NCBI GenBank assembly: GCA_964607835.1
Contig: CAZSLL010000006.1
Location: 20,003-69,794, forward strand
Length of the DNA stretch: 49,792 nt
DNA from: an uncultured archaeon
GTDB lineage: Archaea > Aenigmatarchaeota > Aenigmatarchaeia > QMZP01
Direction of reading: 5' to 3'
How positions within the stretch are numbered: the first letter of the stretch is position 1; each line of letters starts with the position of its first letter. The notes beneath the pieces were generated by a model. That model was not told where the DNA came from. It did not search any database and saw nothing but the letters and a program-made list of their open reading frames with translations. The position numbers and the translations under genes are program-made. Below, piece by piece: positions 38,110-48,407 of the stretch.

Positions 38110-39948
38110 ATGACAGCGCAGGTTAAGCCAAGGGTTGATAAGGGAATGGAATCCAGGAAGAAGGTGGACGTCTACTACAACGGCCGCCTGGTGTTCCAGA
38201 CCACTGACCCCCATAAGCTGGCAGATTCCATCAGGAAGAAGAGGAGGATGAGCCTCATACCCAGCCAGGTCAACGTGGCCTATCATCCAATATACAAGGA
38301 GATAAGGATAAACACAGAGCACGGCCGCGCCAGGCGCCCCCTGGTCATAGTGGAGTCCGGGACCCCCAAGCTCACTGACCAGCACATAGAGAAGCTCAAG
38401 AAGGGGGAGATTGAGTGGAACTACGTGATACAGCACGGGATAGTGGAGTACCTTGACGCTGAGGAGGAGGAGAACACCTACATAGCCATAGACAATGACC
38501 ATGTGACCAAGGACCACACCCACGTGGAGCTCAACCCCATAACCATCCTGGGAACAGCCGCCTCCCTGATTCCCTACCCCGAGTACAACCGGGGCGACCG
38601 AATCAACTACGGCGCCAAGATGGTTGGCCAGGCCATAGGCACGCCCGCGCTTAACTTCATACTCAGGACAGACACCAAGAACAACCTCATGTCATACCCC
38701 CAGACCCCGCTCGTCAAGACCGAGGTCACCAACATACTGGATGACTACCCCGGGGGCCAGAATGTTGTGGTGGCTGTGATGTGTTATGACGGGTTCAACC
38801 TCAACGACGCCGTCATTGTCAACCGCTCCTCTGCAGAGAGGGGCCTGTTCAGAAGCTTCTACTTCAGGACATATGACACAATAAAGAAGCGGTACTGGGG
38901 AGGCCAGGAGGACGAGATAATGATTCCAGAGCCCGGCATAAAAGGCCACAGGGGCGAGGACGCCTACATACACCTGGCCGAGGACGGCATAATAAACCCC
39001 GAGACCCCGGTGGAGTCAGACACTGTCATGGTGGGCAAGGTCTCCCCGCTCAGGTTCCTCTCAAGCGAGGAGTTCACCGCGGACATAGAGAACAGGCGCG
39101 AGACCTCAGTAACCATAAGGTATGGCGAGGCAGGCATAATAGACGAGGTCTTCCTCTCAGAGACACTTGACGCTGACCAGCTCATCAAGATAAGGGTGAG
39201 GGACATGAGATGCCTGGAGCCCGGGGACAAGCTCGCCTCAAGGCACGGCCAGAAGGGCGTGATAAGCCTTCTGGTTCCCCAGGAGGACATGCCCTTCACG
39301 GCGAACGGGGTGGTCCCTGACATCATATTCAACCCCCACGCCATCCCCAGCAGGATGACCGTGGGACAGCTCCTGGAGCTCCTCACCGGCAAGACAGCGG
39401 CCTACACCGGCCAGACCATAGACTCGTCCGCCTTCAACCACATAAAGGAGGCTGAGATAAGGAAGCTCCTGAGGAAGGCGGGCTTCAGGGAGGACGGCAA
39501 GCAGACCCTCTACGACGGCAAGACGGGAAGGAAGTTCGAGGTGCTCATATTCACGGGCCTTTCATATTACCTCAAGCTCGACCACATGGTCAAGGACAAG
39601 ATACACGCAAGGTCCAGGGGACCTGTTACCCTGCTCACCAAACAGCCAACAGAGGGCAGGGCAAAGAGGGGCGGGCTGAGGCTGGGAGAGATGGAGCAGC
39701 AGTGCCTTGTTGGCCACGGCGCCGCGCTCACCCTCAAGGAGAGGTTTGACTCAGACAAGACAAAGATACCCATATGCAGGAAGTGCGGCCTCATGGCCAT
39801 ACACGACACCATCAAGAACAGGAGCTACTGCCCGGTGTGCAAGGACAGCGAGACCGTCTGGGTGGAGACCTCCTACGCATTCAAGCTCATGCTGGACGAG
39901 GTGAAGTCCATGGGAATAATCCCCACCCTGGGGACAGAGGAGATGTGA
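38110..39948 (+). CDS. rpoB1: DNA-directed RNA polymerase subunit B' (Rpo2C)
   Basis: GDKLASRHGQKG, NPHAIPSRMT, GGLRLGEME and a Zn finger. Confidence 0.96.
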   Translation: MTAQVKPRVDKGMESRKKVDVYYNGRLVFQTTDPHKLADSIRKKRRMSLIPSQVNVAYHPIYKEIRINTEHGRARRPLVIVESGTPKLTDQHIEKLKKGEIEWNYVIQHGIVEYLDAEEEENTYIAIDNDHVTKDHTHVELNPITILGTAASLIPYPEYNRGDRINYGAKMVGQAIGTPALNFILRTDTKNNLMSYPQTPLVKTEVTNILDDYPGGQNVVVAVMCYDGFNLNDAVIVNRSSAERGLFRSFYFRTYDTIKKRYWGGQEDEIMIPEPGIKGHRGEDAYIHLAEDGIINPETPVESDTVMVGKVSPLRFLSSEEFTADIENRRETSVTIRYGEAGIIDEVFLSETLDADQLIKIRVRDMRCLEPGDKLASRHGQKGVISLLVPQEDMPFTANGVVPDIIFNPHAIPSRMTVGQLLELLTGKTAAYTGQTIDSSAFNHIKEAEIRKLLRKAGFREDGKQTLYDGKTGRKFEVLIFTGLSYYLKLDHMVKDKIHARSRGPVTLLTKQPTEGRAKRGGLRLGEMEQQCLVGHGAALTLKERFDSDKTKIPICRKCGLMAIHDTIKNRSYCPVCKDSETVWVETSYAFKLMLDEVKSMGIIPTLGTEEM

Positions 39949-39949
39949 C

Positions 39950-42439
39950 ATGTACAGGATAGACAGCCTTAAGTTCGGACTATTGTCCCCAGACACCATA
40001 AGGGCCCTTGCCAGGGTCAGGGTGGTGAGCTCTGACCTCTATGACGCTGACGGATACCCGGTTGAGGGAGGGGTAATGGACCCAAGGCTGGGCGTCATAG
40101 ACCCCGGGCTGCACTGCAGGACGTGCGGAGGGGGCATAGGCGACTGCAACGGGCACTTCGGCTACCTGGAGCTGGCCAAGCCCGTAATCCATGTTCTCTA
40201 CACCAAGACCATTTACCAGATACTCAAGTACACCTGCAGGTCGTGCAACAGGATTCTCATAATCCCGCCGGACGGCTCAGAGGAGAAGAAGCTCGCGGCC
40301 ACGGTCCCGAGCAAGTGCCCTCACTGCGAAAAGCCCCAGAAGAAGGTGAGCTTTGTCAAGCCCTACACCTACTACGAGGACAAGACCGAGCTCGACCCCA
40401 TGACCATAAGGGAGCGTTTCGAGAACATACCTGACAAGGACCTCAGGAAGATAGGATTCAGGGGCGGGAGGCCCGAGTGGCTCATACTAACCCTCTTCCC
40501 GATACCCCCTGTTACCATGAGGCCAAGCATTACCCTCGAGGGAGGGGAGCGTTCAGAGGACGACCTCACCCACAAGCTGGTTGACGTGGTGAGGATAAAC
40601 CAGTCCCTCAAGGAGAACATTGACATAGGCGCCCCTGATTTCATACTCAACGACCTCTGGGAACTCGTGCAGTATCACATATCAACCTATTTCGACAACG
40701 AACTCACCGGAGTCCCGCTGGCCAGGCACAGGTCTGGCAGGCCCCTCAAGGGCCTCATACAGAGGCTCAAGGCCAAGGAGGGAAGGATAAGGGGCAACCT
40801 GCTCGGGAAGAGGGTCAACTTCTCCTCAAGGACTGTCATATCCCCTGACCCCAGGCTTTCCATAAACCAGGTCGGTGTGCCCATAGAGGTGGCAGAGGAG
40901 CTCACCATACCTGAGAACGTGACAGCAGAGAACACCAAGTACATAAGGGAGCTGTTCAGGCAGAACAGGGTGAACTACGTCATAAGGCCTGACAACAGGA
41001 GAATCAAGGTCACTGACATGAACAAGAAAGACGTCCTGGACGTCATAGCCCCTGAGTGGCAGGTGGAAAGGCAGCTCAGGGACGGAGACATCGTCCTGTT
41101 CAACAGGCAGCCCAGCCTTCACAGGATGTCCATAATGGCCCACAGGGTCAAGGTCATGCCCTACAAGACCTTCAGGATAAACCCCTCGGTGTGCCCGCCA
41201 TACAATGCTGACTTCGACGGGGACGAGATGAACCTGCACGCCCTGCAGAACGAGGAGGCCAGGACAGAGGCGGCCTACCTCATGGAGGTCCACAGGAACA
41301 TCATCTCCCCCAAGTTCGGGGGGCCTATCATAGGCCTTGACCTGGACCAGATATCAGGGGTCTACCTGCTCACCCATCCTGACACCAGGCTCTCCAGGGA
41401 GGACGCCGCCCAGCTCTTCGCTGACGCCGGGGTGGACATGGAGCTACCTGAAAAGGAAGAGTTCAGCGGAAAGGAAATAGTGAGCATGATGCTTCCCAAG
41501 AACATAAACATCGAGTTCAAGGCCAGCTGCTGCAAGAACTGCGATGAGTGCGACAGGGACAATTGCCCGCACGACGGCTGGGTAAGCATAAAGAAGGGAG
41601 AGGTCCTCAAGGGCAGGATAGACGCCAAGGCCGTGGGGGCCATGAAGGGCAAGCTCATAAACAAGCTCATCAGGATGAGCGACCCGGAGACCGTGAGGAT
41701 TTTCATAGACACCTTCGGCAGGATTGGCACGGCATTCATAATGAGGAGGGGCTTCTCGCTCGGCACATCTGACCTGGACCTGGACCCCCAGGTGGAGAAG
41801 GACATCAGGAAGGAGGTGGAGAGGGCAGAGCACGAATCAGACAGCCTCATCGAGCAGTTCAACCAGGGCGATATAAGGATTCTGCCGGGCATGACGCCCA
41901 AGGAGTCCCTGGAGGCCCAGGTGCTCAACTCCCTGGCTTCAGGGGTGAGCAGGATTTCAGACATGGTTTCAGAGAACATGCCCTACAACGACATCAAGGT
42001 CATGTACGAGGGCGGGGCCAAGGGCTCTGTGGTCAACACCAGCCAGATGGCCGCTGTCGTGGGACAGGAGACCATACTGGGAAAGAGGATTACCAGGGGT
42101 TACCTGAACAGGACCCTTCCCCACATCGAGCAGGGAGACCTCTCCCCGCATTCCCGCGGCTTCGTGAGGGTGGGATTCAAGCACGGCCTCAACCCGTTCG
42201 AGCTTTTCTGGAACATCATGAACGGCCGTGAGGGCCTAATGGACAAGTCCCTGAGGACCAGGAAGTCAGGCTACATGCAGAGGAGGCTGGTCAACGCCCT
42301 GCAGGACCTCAAGGTGCACCAGGACAGGAGCGTGAGGAACTCTGTGGGCCAGATTGTCCAGTTCGCCGCGGGCGAGGACAGGGTGGACCCCAGCAAGTCA
42401 GAATGGGGCACCATAAGATGGAAGGAGCATCTGGAGTGA
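39950..42439 (+). CDS. rpoA1: DNA-directed RNA polymerase subunit A' (Rpo1N)
   Basis: Catalytic YNADFDGDEMN, GKRVNFS and SGYMQRRL motifs. Confidence 0.97.
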   Translation: MYRIDSLKFGLLSPDTIRALARVRVVSSDLYDADGYPVEGGVMDPRLGVIDPGLHCRTCGGGIGDCNGHFGYLELAKPVIHVLYTKTIYQILKYTCRSCNRILIIPPDGSEEKKLAATVPSKCPHCEKPQKKVSFVKPYTYYEDKTELDPMTIRERFENIPDKDLRKIGFRGGRPEWLILTLFPIPPVTMRPSITLEGGERSEDDLTHKLVDVVRINQSLKENIDIGAPDFILNDLWELVQYHISTYFDNELTGVPLARHRSGRPLKGLIQRLKAKEGRIRGNLLGKRVNFSSRTVISPDPRLSINQVGVPIEVAEELTIPENVTAENTKYIRELFRQNRVNYVIRPDNRRIKVTDMNKKDVLDVIAPEWQVERQLRDGDIVLFNRQPSLHRMSIMAHRVKVMPYKTFRINPSVCPPYNADFDGDEMNLHALQNEEARTEAAYLMEVHRNIISPKFGGPIIGLDLDQISGVYLLTHPDTRLSREDAAQLFADAGVDMELPEKEEFSGKEIVSMMLPKNINIEFKASCCKNCDECDRDNCPHDGWVSIKKGEVLKGRIDAKAVGAMKGKLINKLIRMSDPETVRIFIDTFGRIGTAFIMRRGFSLGTSDLDLDPQVEKDIRKEVERAEHESDSLIEQFNQGDIRILPGMTPKESLEAQVLNSLASGVSRISDMVSENMPYNDIKVMYEGGAKGSVVNTSQMAAVVGQETILGKRITRGYLNRTLPHIEQGDLSPHSRGFVRVGFKHGLNPFELFWNIMNGREGLMDKSLRTRKSGYMQRRLVNALQDLKVHQDRSVRNSVGQIVQFAAGEDRVDPSKSEWGTIRWKEHLE

Positions 42440-42443
42440 TGAT

Positions 42444-43841
42444 ATGTCAGTGATACCCGAGAGCACGAGAGAAGAGATGGAGATGTACTTCGAGAAGCAC
42501 AGGGTTACCGAGAGCAAGCGGGAATCCATAAGGGACATAGTCCGCGAGCTGTACCACAAATCAGCATACGACCCAGAGGAGCCCATGGGCGTTGTGGCTG
42601 CGCAGTCCCTCTCAGAGCCAGCCACGCAGATGACCATGCGTACGTACCACTTCGCGGGCACTGCAGGAATCCAGGTGACCCTGGGCCTTCCCAGGATGCT
42701 CGAGATATTCGACGCCAGGAAGGAGCCCAGGACGCCCACCATGACCATATTCCTCAAGCCTGACCACCAGAGCGTGGATGCCGCCAGGAAAATCGCCTCC
42801 AGAATAATGGAGGTCAGGGCAAAGAACGTCATACTTTCCACGACACTGGACCTAACAGAGCTCTGGATAAAGTGCAGGGTGGACCTTAAGAAGCTGGAGT
42901 CCATGGGCATACCAAAGGAAAGGGTCCCCAAGCTCCTCAAGATAAGGAACGTGGAGACCCACATGGAAGGGGACGACACCATAGTGGTGAAGTCAAAGAA
43001 GGCAGACCTCAAGAACCTCCACAAGCTGAAGTACTCTGTCCTCGAGTCGCACATAAGCGGCATAAAGGGCATATCCCAGGTCGTGGTGACCAAGGAGAAG
43101 GGTGAGTGGATTATCAACACCCTGGGCTCGAACCTGGCCAAGGTCTTCGAGATAGAGGGCGTGGACTACACCAGGACGTTCTCCAACAACATATTCGAGA
43201 TATACGACCTCCTTGGAGTGGAGGCTGCCAGGAACGCCGTCATCAAGCAGTCCCAGTACACCATGGAGGAGCAGGGCCTGGGCGTGGACGTCAGGTATGT
43301 CATGCTGCTTGCTGACATCATGTGCATGCAGGGAGACATAAGGGCCATCGGCCGTTACGGAATATCCGGCCAGAAGTCCTCTGTCCTTGTGAGGGCCTCG
43401 TTCGAAGAGACCAAGAAGCACCTCACCGCGGCCTCAATCAAGGGCGAGGTGGACCCGCTCTGCGGGACCGTGGAGAACATAATGATGAACCAGGTGGCCC
43501 CCATAGGAACGGGAGCCTTCAGGCTGGTGGGCAATATACCCGAGTTTGCTTCTTTGCCCAAACCCGCTGCGAAGAAGGCCCCCGGCACCAAGTCCGCTAC
43601 TACTACCTCAGCGGCCAAGAAGGCCCCTGCTGCAAAGGCCCCTGCCAGGAAAACCGAAACAAAGGAAGCAAGCAAAGCCTCAAAGAAGTCCGCGACCAAG
43701 CCCGCTTCCAAGACATCTGAGAAGCAACCAGCCGCAAAGAAGACCTCAACAGCAGCAAAGAAGACCGCTTCTGCAAATAAGACTTCCACAACAAAGAAGA
43801 CAAAGGCCAAGTCCACTGCAGAGAAACCCGTGGCCAAATAA
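42444..43841 (+). CDS. rpoA2: DNA-directed RNA polymerase subunit A'' (Rpo1C) with Lys/Ala/Thr-rich C-terminal tail
   Basis: AAQSLSEPATQMTMRTYH, GLPR, RASFE and GTG motifs, then a low-complexity tail. Confidence 0.95.
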   Translation: MSVIPESTREEMEMYFEKHRVTESKRESIRDIVRELYHKSAYDPEEPMGVVAAQSLSEPATQMTMRTYHFAGTAGIQVTLGLPRMLEIFDARKEPRTPTMTIFLKPDHQSVDAARKIASRIMEVRAKNVILSTTLDLTELWIKCRVDLKKLESMGIPKERVPKLLKIRNVETHMEGDDTIVVKSKKADLKNLHKLKYSVLESHISGIKGISQVVVTKEKGEWIINTLGSNLAKVFEIEGVDYTRTFSNNIFEIYDLLGVEAARNAVIKQSQYTMEEQGLGVDVRYVMLLADIMCMQGDIRAIGRYGISGQKSSVLVRASFEETKKHLTAASIKGEVDPLCGTVENIMMNQVAPIGTGAFRLVGNIPEFASLPKPAAKKAPGTKSATTTSAAKKAPAAKAPARKTETKEASKASKKSATKPASKTSEKQPAAKKTSTAAKKTASANKTSTTKKTKAKSTAEKPVAK

Positions 43842-43926
43842 GCCAAAGATTAATTTCTGAATGTTGTGCTGAATCCGTAATTGGATAACTCATGCACTTA
43901 TAAGCCTTAATGATATCGAACAAATA

Positions 43927-46764
43927 ATGAGATTACTTCCAGTCACCCTGGTCGGTCTCATGGTCCTTCTTGTTATCCCCTGCTGTATATTAGCCCTTGA
44001 GACCACGTGTTCATCATGCTCTGACTGCCAGTCCAAGCTCGACGGCACCTACAGCAGGGTTTCCCTCACAGCCGACCTTTCCGGAGTTTCTGGTGACTGT
44101 ATTGCCATAACCGGGAGCGACCTGGTGTTCGACTGCCAGGGCCACCTCCTTACAGGAGACCGGACAGGCACGGGAATCGAAATTCTGGGGGTGAGCAATG
44201 CCACTGTCATCAACTGCAGGGCGACCAACTTCAGCGGCTCTGGTATTTCAGTGAAAGATGCATTCCGTGCCAACGTGAGCCAGAATGACTGCTTCAGGAA
44301 CAGGGTCAATGGCATAGGCGTGAGAAACTCCACGAGGACGCTCATACTCTACAACAATGCCAACCACAACAGGGACGGGATAAGGGTCCTGGACTCCCAG
44401 GAAACCCAGATAAGATGGAACCAGGCCTGCGGAAACAGGGAGACCGACATAAGGGTGGACGGCGGCTCCCAGAACGAGGGGGCAAGGAACGAGTGCGACA
44501 TCACCCTGAACTATGATGACTCCGGAACCACGGGCTGCAGGTACTCGTGCTCTGTGTGTCCTGACTGGGACAACGACACAGTGTGCGATGACGATGATAA
44601 CTGCAGGTTTGACTACAACCCGGGCCAGGCAGACGCTGACTCTGACGGCGTTGGTGACCTGTGCGACAACTGCCCAAACGCAACCAACCCCGGACAGGAG
44701 AACTCCGACGTCTTCGGTCTGGATGACTTCGGGGACGCCTGCGACAACTGCTGGACAGTCAAGAACCCCTCGCAGGGAGACAGGGATGGTGACTGCGTCC
44801 CACTGAAGTCTGACCCGCTCTTCTGGGACGGGGAGAAATGGCTCCAGGACCCGCACTGCGGGGACTACTGCGACAACTGCGCCTTCCATAGCAACCCATA
44901 CCAGGAAAACTCAGACAGCGACAGCCACGGCGACGCCTGCGACAACTGCCGGCACGCAGACAACCATGACCAGAGCGACATAGACGGCGACTGCTCTGTC
45001 ATACCCAAGCCCTATGCGAGCGACCCGCACTGCGGCGACCTTTGTGACAACTGCTACAATGTATACAACCCCGACCAGAACAACTCGGACAGTGACAAGT
45101 ACGGCGACGCGTGCGACAACTGCCCGCTCATCACGAACCCCAGCCAGTACGACTGGGACGGGGACGGCGTCGGTGACCCCTGCGACAACTGCCCTGACCA
45201 CCCAAACCCCGGCCAGGATGACGTGAACAATGATACGGTCGGAGACGCATGCGACTGCTATGACGCCCTAGAGGGGCCCAATGAGGACGGCGTGGACTGC
45301 GGAGGAATCTGCGACCCCTGCGTGGCCTGCACATGGTGCACATCCTCAACAGTTCCCATGAGGATAAAGGGCCAGTGGAACAGCGGCATGATAGACGTGG
45401 TAATGGTGCCTGATGTGTCTTACCAGAGCCAGACGGATAACTTCACGAAGGACGCCTACAACGCAATAAGGGACGCCTATTTCAGGATTGGCGAGCTCGG
45501 TGTGGATCCAATACCGTCAGACTACAAGGACAGGTTCAACTTCTATTACTATACAGGCGGCTTCGGCAACGCCTCTGATGGCTGCACAGGAAAGTTACCC
45601 AGTGATTTCGCTAAGGTGGCCCCATTCTCTGACAGTGGGGCCATACTATATGACTCCAGCAACGGGGGCGGGTGCTCAGGCCTGGGCACTCCCAGCCACC
45701 TCAAGGCCCCCGCAAGGCAGCCTGGCCAGGTCATTCACGAAAGCGGTCACAGCATATACAGCCTGATTGATGAGTACTGCGGGAATACCTATTATACGGA
45801 GATAAGCCCTGTCTCCAACGTGTGGAGCTCGCTCTCCAACTGCACGAGCTTTGCCACCAGCAAGGGATGGAACGCATCCCAGTGCAACAGAATAGAGAAG
45901 GACATCAACACCTCTAACCCCGGGATGGAATGCCAGAAGGACTTCTGGAAGTTTGATATGAGCGACAGGGACATGATGAATGACGGAGGGCTTCCCATAA
46001 TCAAGCCCGGTGACCATTTCGGCAAGGCCTGCTCGAACAGGATAAACTATGTATATGACCACTGGCCGTCAGGAAGCACAAAGGGAGTGCTCATTGAGCT
46101 CAACATAAGGCAGGGCTCGATAACAGAGTTGGGTTCTGATGTGGTTCATGCCCATCCTGACATAGGCCTCCAGCACGAGAGCTTCACAGGAGAGGCATAC
46201 TCTGCTTCAGGCGAGCTCCTCAAGAGCTTCGGGATATGGGATCCCAGGATAGGTCTCGGCCAGAGGGAGGGCTCTTTCGAGGATGAAAAAGATTTCCATG
46301 TCATAATCCCCTTCTATGACAACCTGAGGGAATTCGGGATAAGGGACCCCGAAAACCAGGAAACCAAGGTGAGCGTTGACCTGGCCCCTGTCATAACAGA
46401 GCACTGCTCTGAAGTGGGCTACGATGGCCACGAGTGCCAGAGCATTGACCTGGACAATGACGGCGTGTTCGACCACGAGGACATATGCAAGGGCACAGAG
46501 ATTCCCGAGGACGTCCCGCTTGACTACCTCTACAACTACAGGTACGCCCTCATGGACGGCGACACGATCTTTGACACACAGGGCTCGTCCTGGTGGTTCT
46601 CGCCACCCGAGACATACACCACCCAGGACACATTCGGATGCTCGTGCGGCCAGATGCTGGACTGGTTCGAGGACTACTACGACACCGAGGGCGGGTACCA
46701 GACCTTCCGGGACCATGGCTGCTCCGCGAGCCTCATCAACTACTTCATAGGGCATCATGATTAG
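43927..46764 (+). CDS. Secreted multidomain protein: NosD/beta-helix + thrombospondin type-3 repeats + M64-like zinc metallopeptidase
   Basis: Signal peptide, parallel beta-helix repeats, many D.D.DG.GD.CDNC repeats and [16 protein letters not shown]. Confidence 0.75.
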   Translation: MRLLPVTLVGLMVLLVIPCCILALETTCSSCSDCQSKLDGTYSRVSLTADLSGVSGDCIAITGSDLVFDCQGHLLTGDRTGTGIEILGVSNATVINCRATNFSGSGISVKDAFRANVSQNDCFRNRVNGIGVRNSTRTLILYNNANHNRDGIRVLDSQETQIRWNQACGNRETDIRVDGGSQNEGARNECDITLNYDDSGTTGCRYSCSVCPDWDNDTVCDDDDNCRFDYNPGQADADSDGVGDLCDNCPNATNPGQENSDVFGLDDFGDACDNCWTVKNPSQGDRDGDCVPLKSDPLFWDGEKWLQDPHCGDYCDNCAFHSNPYQENSDSDSHGDACDNCRHADNHDQSDIDGDCSVIPKPYASDPHCGDLCDNCYNVYNPDQNNSDSDKYGDACDNCPLITNPSQYDWDGDGVGDPCDNCPDHPNPGQDDVNNDTVGDACDCYDALEGPNEDGVDCGGICDPCVACTWCTSSTVPMRIKGQWNSGMIDVVMVPDVSYQSQTDNFTKDAYNAIRDAYFRIGELGVDPIPSDYKDRFNFYYYTGGFGNASDGCTGKLPSDFAKVAPFSDSGAILYDSSNGGGCSGLGTPSHLKAPARQPGQVIHESGHSIYSLIDEYCGNTYYTEISPVSNVWSSLSNCTSFATSKGWNASQCNRIEKDINTSNPGMECQKDFWKFDMSDRDMMNDGGLPIIKPGDHFGKACSNRINYVYDHWPSGSTKGVLIELNIRQGSITELGSDVVHAHPDIGLQHESFTGEAYSASGELLKSFGIWDPRIGLGQREGSFEDEKDFHVIIPFYDNLREFGIRDPENQETKVSVDLAPVITEHCSEVGYDGHECQSIDLDNDGVFDHEDICKGTEIPEDVPLDYLYNYRYALMDGDTIFDTQGSSWWFSPPETYTTQDTFGCSCGQMLDWFEDYYDTEGGYQTFRDHGCSASLINYFIGHHD

Positions 46765-46832
46765 GTGCCCCGGAGCCTTCTTAACTACTTCATAGGGCAC
46801 CATTACTGAGTGCCCGGGTATTGGTTAACTAT
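46738..46832. repeat. ~45-bp tandem duplication of the gene's 3' end with GGGCAY...GTGCCC hairpin
   Basis: AACTACTTCATAGGGCA at 46738 and 46783, partial AACTAT at 46827. Confidence 0.75.
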
Positions 46833-46957
46833 TTAAATACCTATGCACTAACTAAGGAGAAGGAAGTCCGTAACCCATGCGGTGCAGGGCGAATCCGAAA
46901 AGGGTTCAAACGAGTTGGTTCGGCTTCTTTGTAATGAGAGTTTGAGAGTTGATTCGA

Positions 46958-47497
46958 ATGGAAAAGATAGTGCCCATCCCCGAGGGAGTCACGGTGAAGC
47001 TCGATGGCAAGGAGCTCATAGTCTCCGGGCCCAGGGGGGAGCTCAGGAAGAACATCAGGGGAAGCCCCATCAAGGTAGAGATCTCGGCAGACTCCGCCAG
47101 GTTCATATCTGACAATGACAGGAGAAAGGTAAAGTCCCATGCAGGCACATGGGCCGCCCACTGCAGGAACATGGTTTCCGGGGTCACCCAGGGCTTCGAG
47201 GCCAGGCTCAAGGTGGTGTACTCCCATTTCCCCATGAAGTTCACCGTGGAGGGCAACAGCGTCAAGATAGCCAACTTCCTCGGAGAGAGGGAGGACAGGA
47301 GGGCCGATGTCGCAGGCGACGTCAAGATCGAGCTGAATAAGGACGAGGTCGTGGTCACAGGCACCAGCAGGGAAGAGGTGGGCCAGGCAGCGGCCAGGAT
47401 AGAGCAGCTCGCCACTGTGAGGGGCTTTGACAGGAGGGTGTTCCAGGACGGCATACACCTCATTCAGAAGGCAAGGCCCATGAAGGCAGGTGAATGA
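46958..47497 (+). CDS. rpl6: 50S ribosomal protein L6
   Basis: IPEGVTV, GPRGEL, YSHFP, NFLGE, VGQAAA.IEQ and DRRVFQDGI motifs. Confidence 0.96.
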   Translation: MEKIVPIPEGVTVKLDGKELIVSGPRGELRKNIRGSPIKVEISADSARFISDNDRRKVKSHAGTWAAHCRNMVSGVTQGFEARLKVVYSHFPMKFTVEGNSVKIANFLGEREDRRADVAGDVKIELNKDEVVVTGTSREEVGQAAARIEQLATVRGFDRRVFQDGIHLIQKARPMKAGE

Positions 47498-47898
47498 TTA
47501 TGGAAAAGACAAAAACAAAAGTAAGGCCGTCCCTCGCGCAGAGGCTGGGAATAAGGAAGAAAATCAAGAAAGCCAAGCCAGTCTTCAAGAGGCAGGAAAA
47601 CTGGAGAAAGCCCAGCATTGGCAAGGCCTGGAGGAGGCCCAAAGGCAGGCACTCCAAGCTCAGGATGGGGGAGAAGGCCAGAGGAACCGTGCCCAGCCCG
47701 GGTTTCAGGTCACCTGCTGACGTGAGGGGACTGAACAGGCTCGGGTACCGTGAGATAAGGGTTTCCAGTCTCAGGGACATGGAATCCCTCAACCCAAGGG
47801 AGGAGATGGCTGTTATTTCCGGCACCGTGGGAAAGAGGAAAAGAGAAGCCCTTCTGAAGCTGGCCTCAGAAAGGAAGATACACGTGGCCAATGGATAG
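47494..47898 (+). CDS. rpl32e: 50S ribosomal protein L32e
   Basis: KPVFKRQE, WRRPKGRHSKLR, GFRSP..VRGL and VGKRKR motifs. Confidence 0.95.
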   Translation: MIMEKTKTKVRPSLAQRLGIRKKIKKAKPVFKRQENWRKPSIGKAWRRPKGRHSKLRMGEKARGTVPSPGFRSPADVRGLNRLGYREIRVSSLRDMESLNPREEMAVISGTVGKRKREALLKLASERKIHVANG

Positions 47899-47955
47899 TT
47901 TCATGTATTTAAGCATGCGCAAACAAATAGCTTACGTGATTTTTGGTAGATTTTG

Positions 47956-48105
47956 ATGGACTGCAAATGCCCTGTGTGCGGGACCCCTGGAAGGGAATGG
48001 AACAAGAGGCCCCAGGCATTCAAGTGCCCAAACTGCATGTCAATATACTCGGAATTCTGCATGATTCTCGAGTCAGAGGCCGATAGCCTCAATCTCTGGA
48101 GCTAA
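47956..48105 (+). CDS. Small CPxCG-type zinc-finger protein (49 aa, below ORF-track cut-off)
   Basis: MDCKCPVCGTPGREWNKRPQAFKCPNCMSIYSEFCMILESEADSLNLWS, two CPxC knuckles. Confidence 0.65.
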   Translation: MDCKCPVCGTPGREWNKRPQAFKCPNCMSIYSEFCMILESEADSLNLWS

Positions 48106-48407
48106 AGGAACCTCTCCTGAGGGACTCTTCCCTTCTCAAGCTTTATACCCTCTCTTTCAAGGAGCCTTATCTTCTCCCCAGCACCTTTTGGCGAGGTGAA
48201 TCCGCCCAGCGAGCCGTCCTTCCTGATCACCCTGTGGCAGGGCACCCTTCCGGGCCCTGTTCCAGGGCAGGGGTTCCTGGACATGAGCATGCCAACAGCC
48301 CTTGCAGTTCCCGGCCTGCCTGCCCTGCTGGCCACAGAGGAATAGCTGCTAACATTTCCCATGGGTATATTCTTCACTGTATCGTATACCCTTTTCCTGA
48401 AGCTCAT
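48102..48407 (-). CDS. ogt: Methylated-DNA--protein-cysteine methyltransferase (MGMT/Ogt, C-terminal domain only)
   Basis: IPMGNVSSY, ARAVG, active-site PCHRV and LLEREG. Confidence 0.88.
   Translation of the reverse strand: MSFRKRVYDTVKNIPMGNVSSYSSVASRAGRPGTARAVGMLMSRNPCPGTGPGRVPCHRVIRKDGSLGGFTSPKGAGEKIRLLEREGIKLEKGRVPQERFL

Noticed and set aside
36650-39948. Split rpoB as a frameshift or novelty
   Set aside because: The B''/B' split at this position is a known archaeal arrangement.
46757-46809. Box C/D sRNA (ATGATTA...CTGA)
   Set aside because: Imperfect C box and no convincing D'/C' boxes. Better explained by the tandem duplication.
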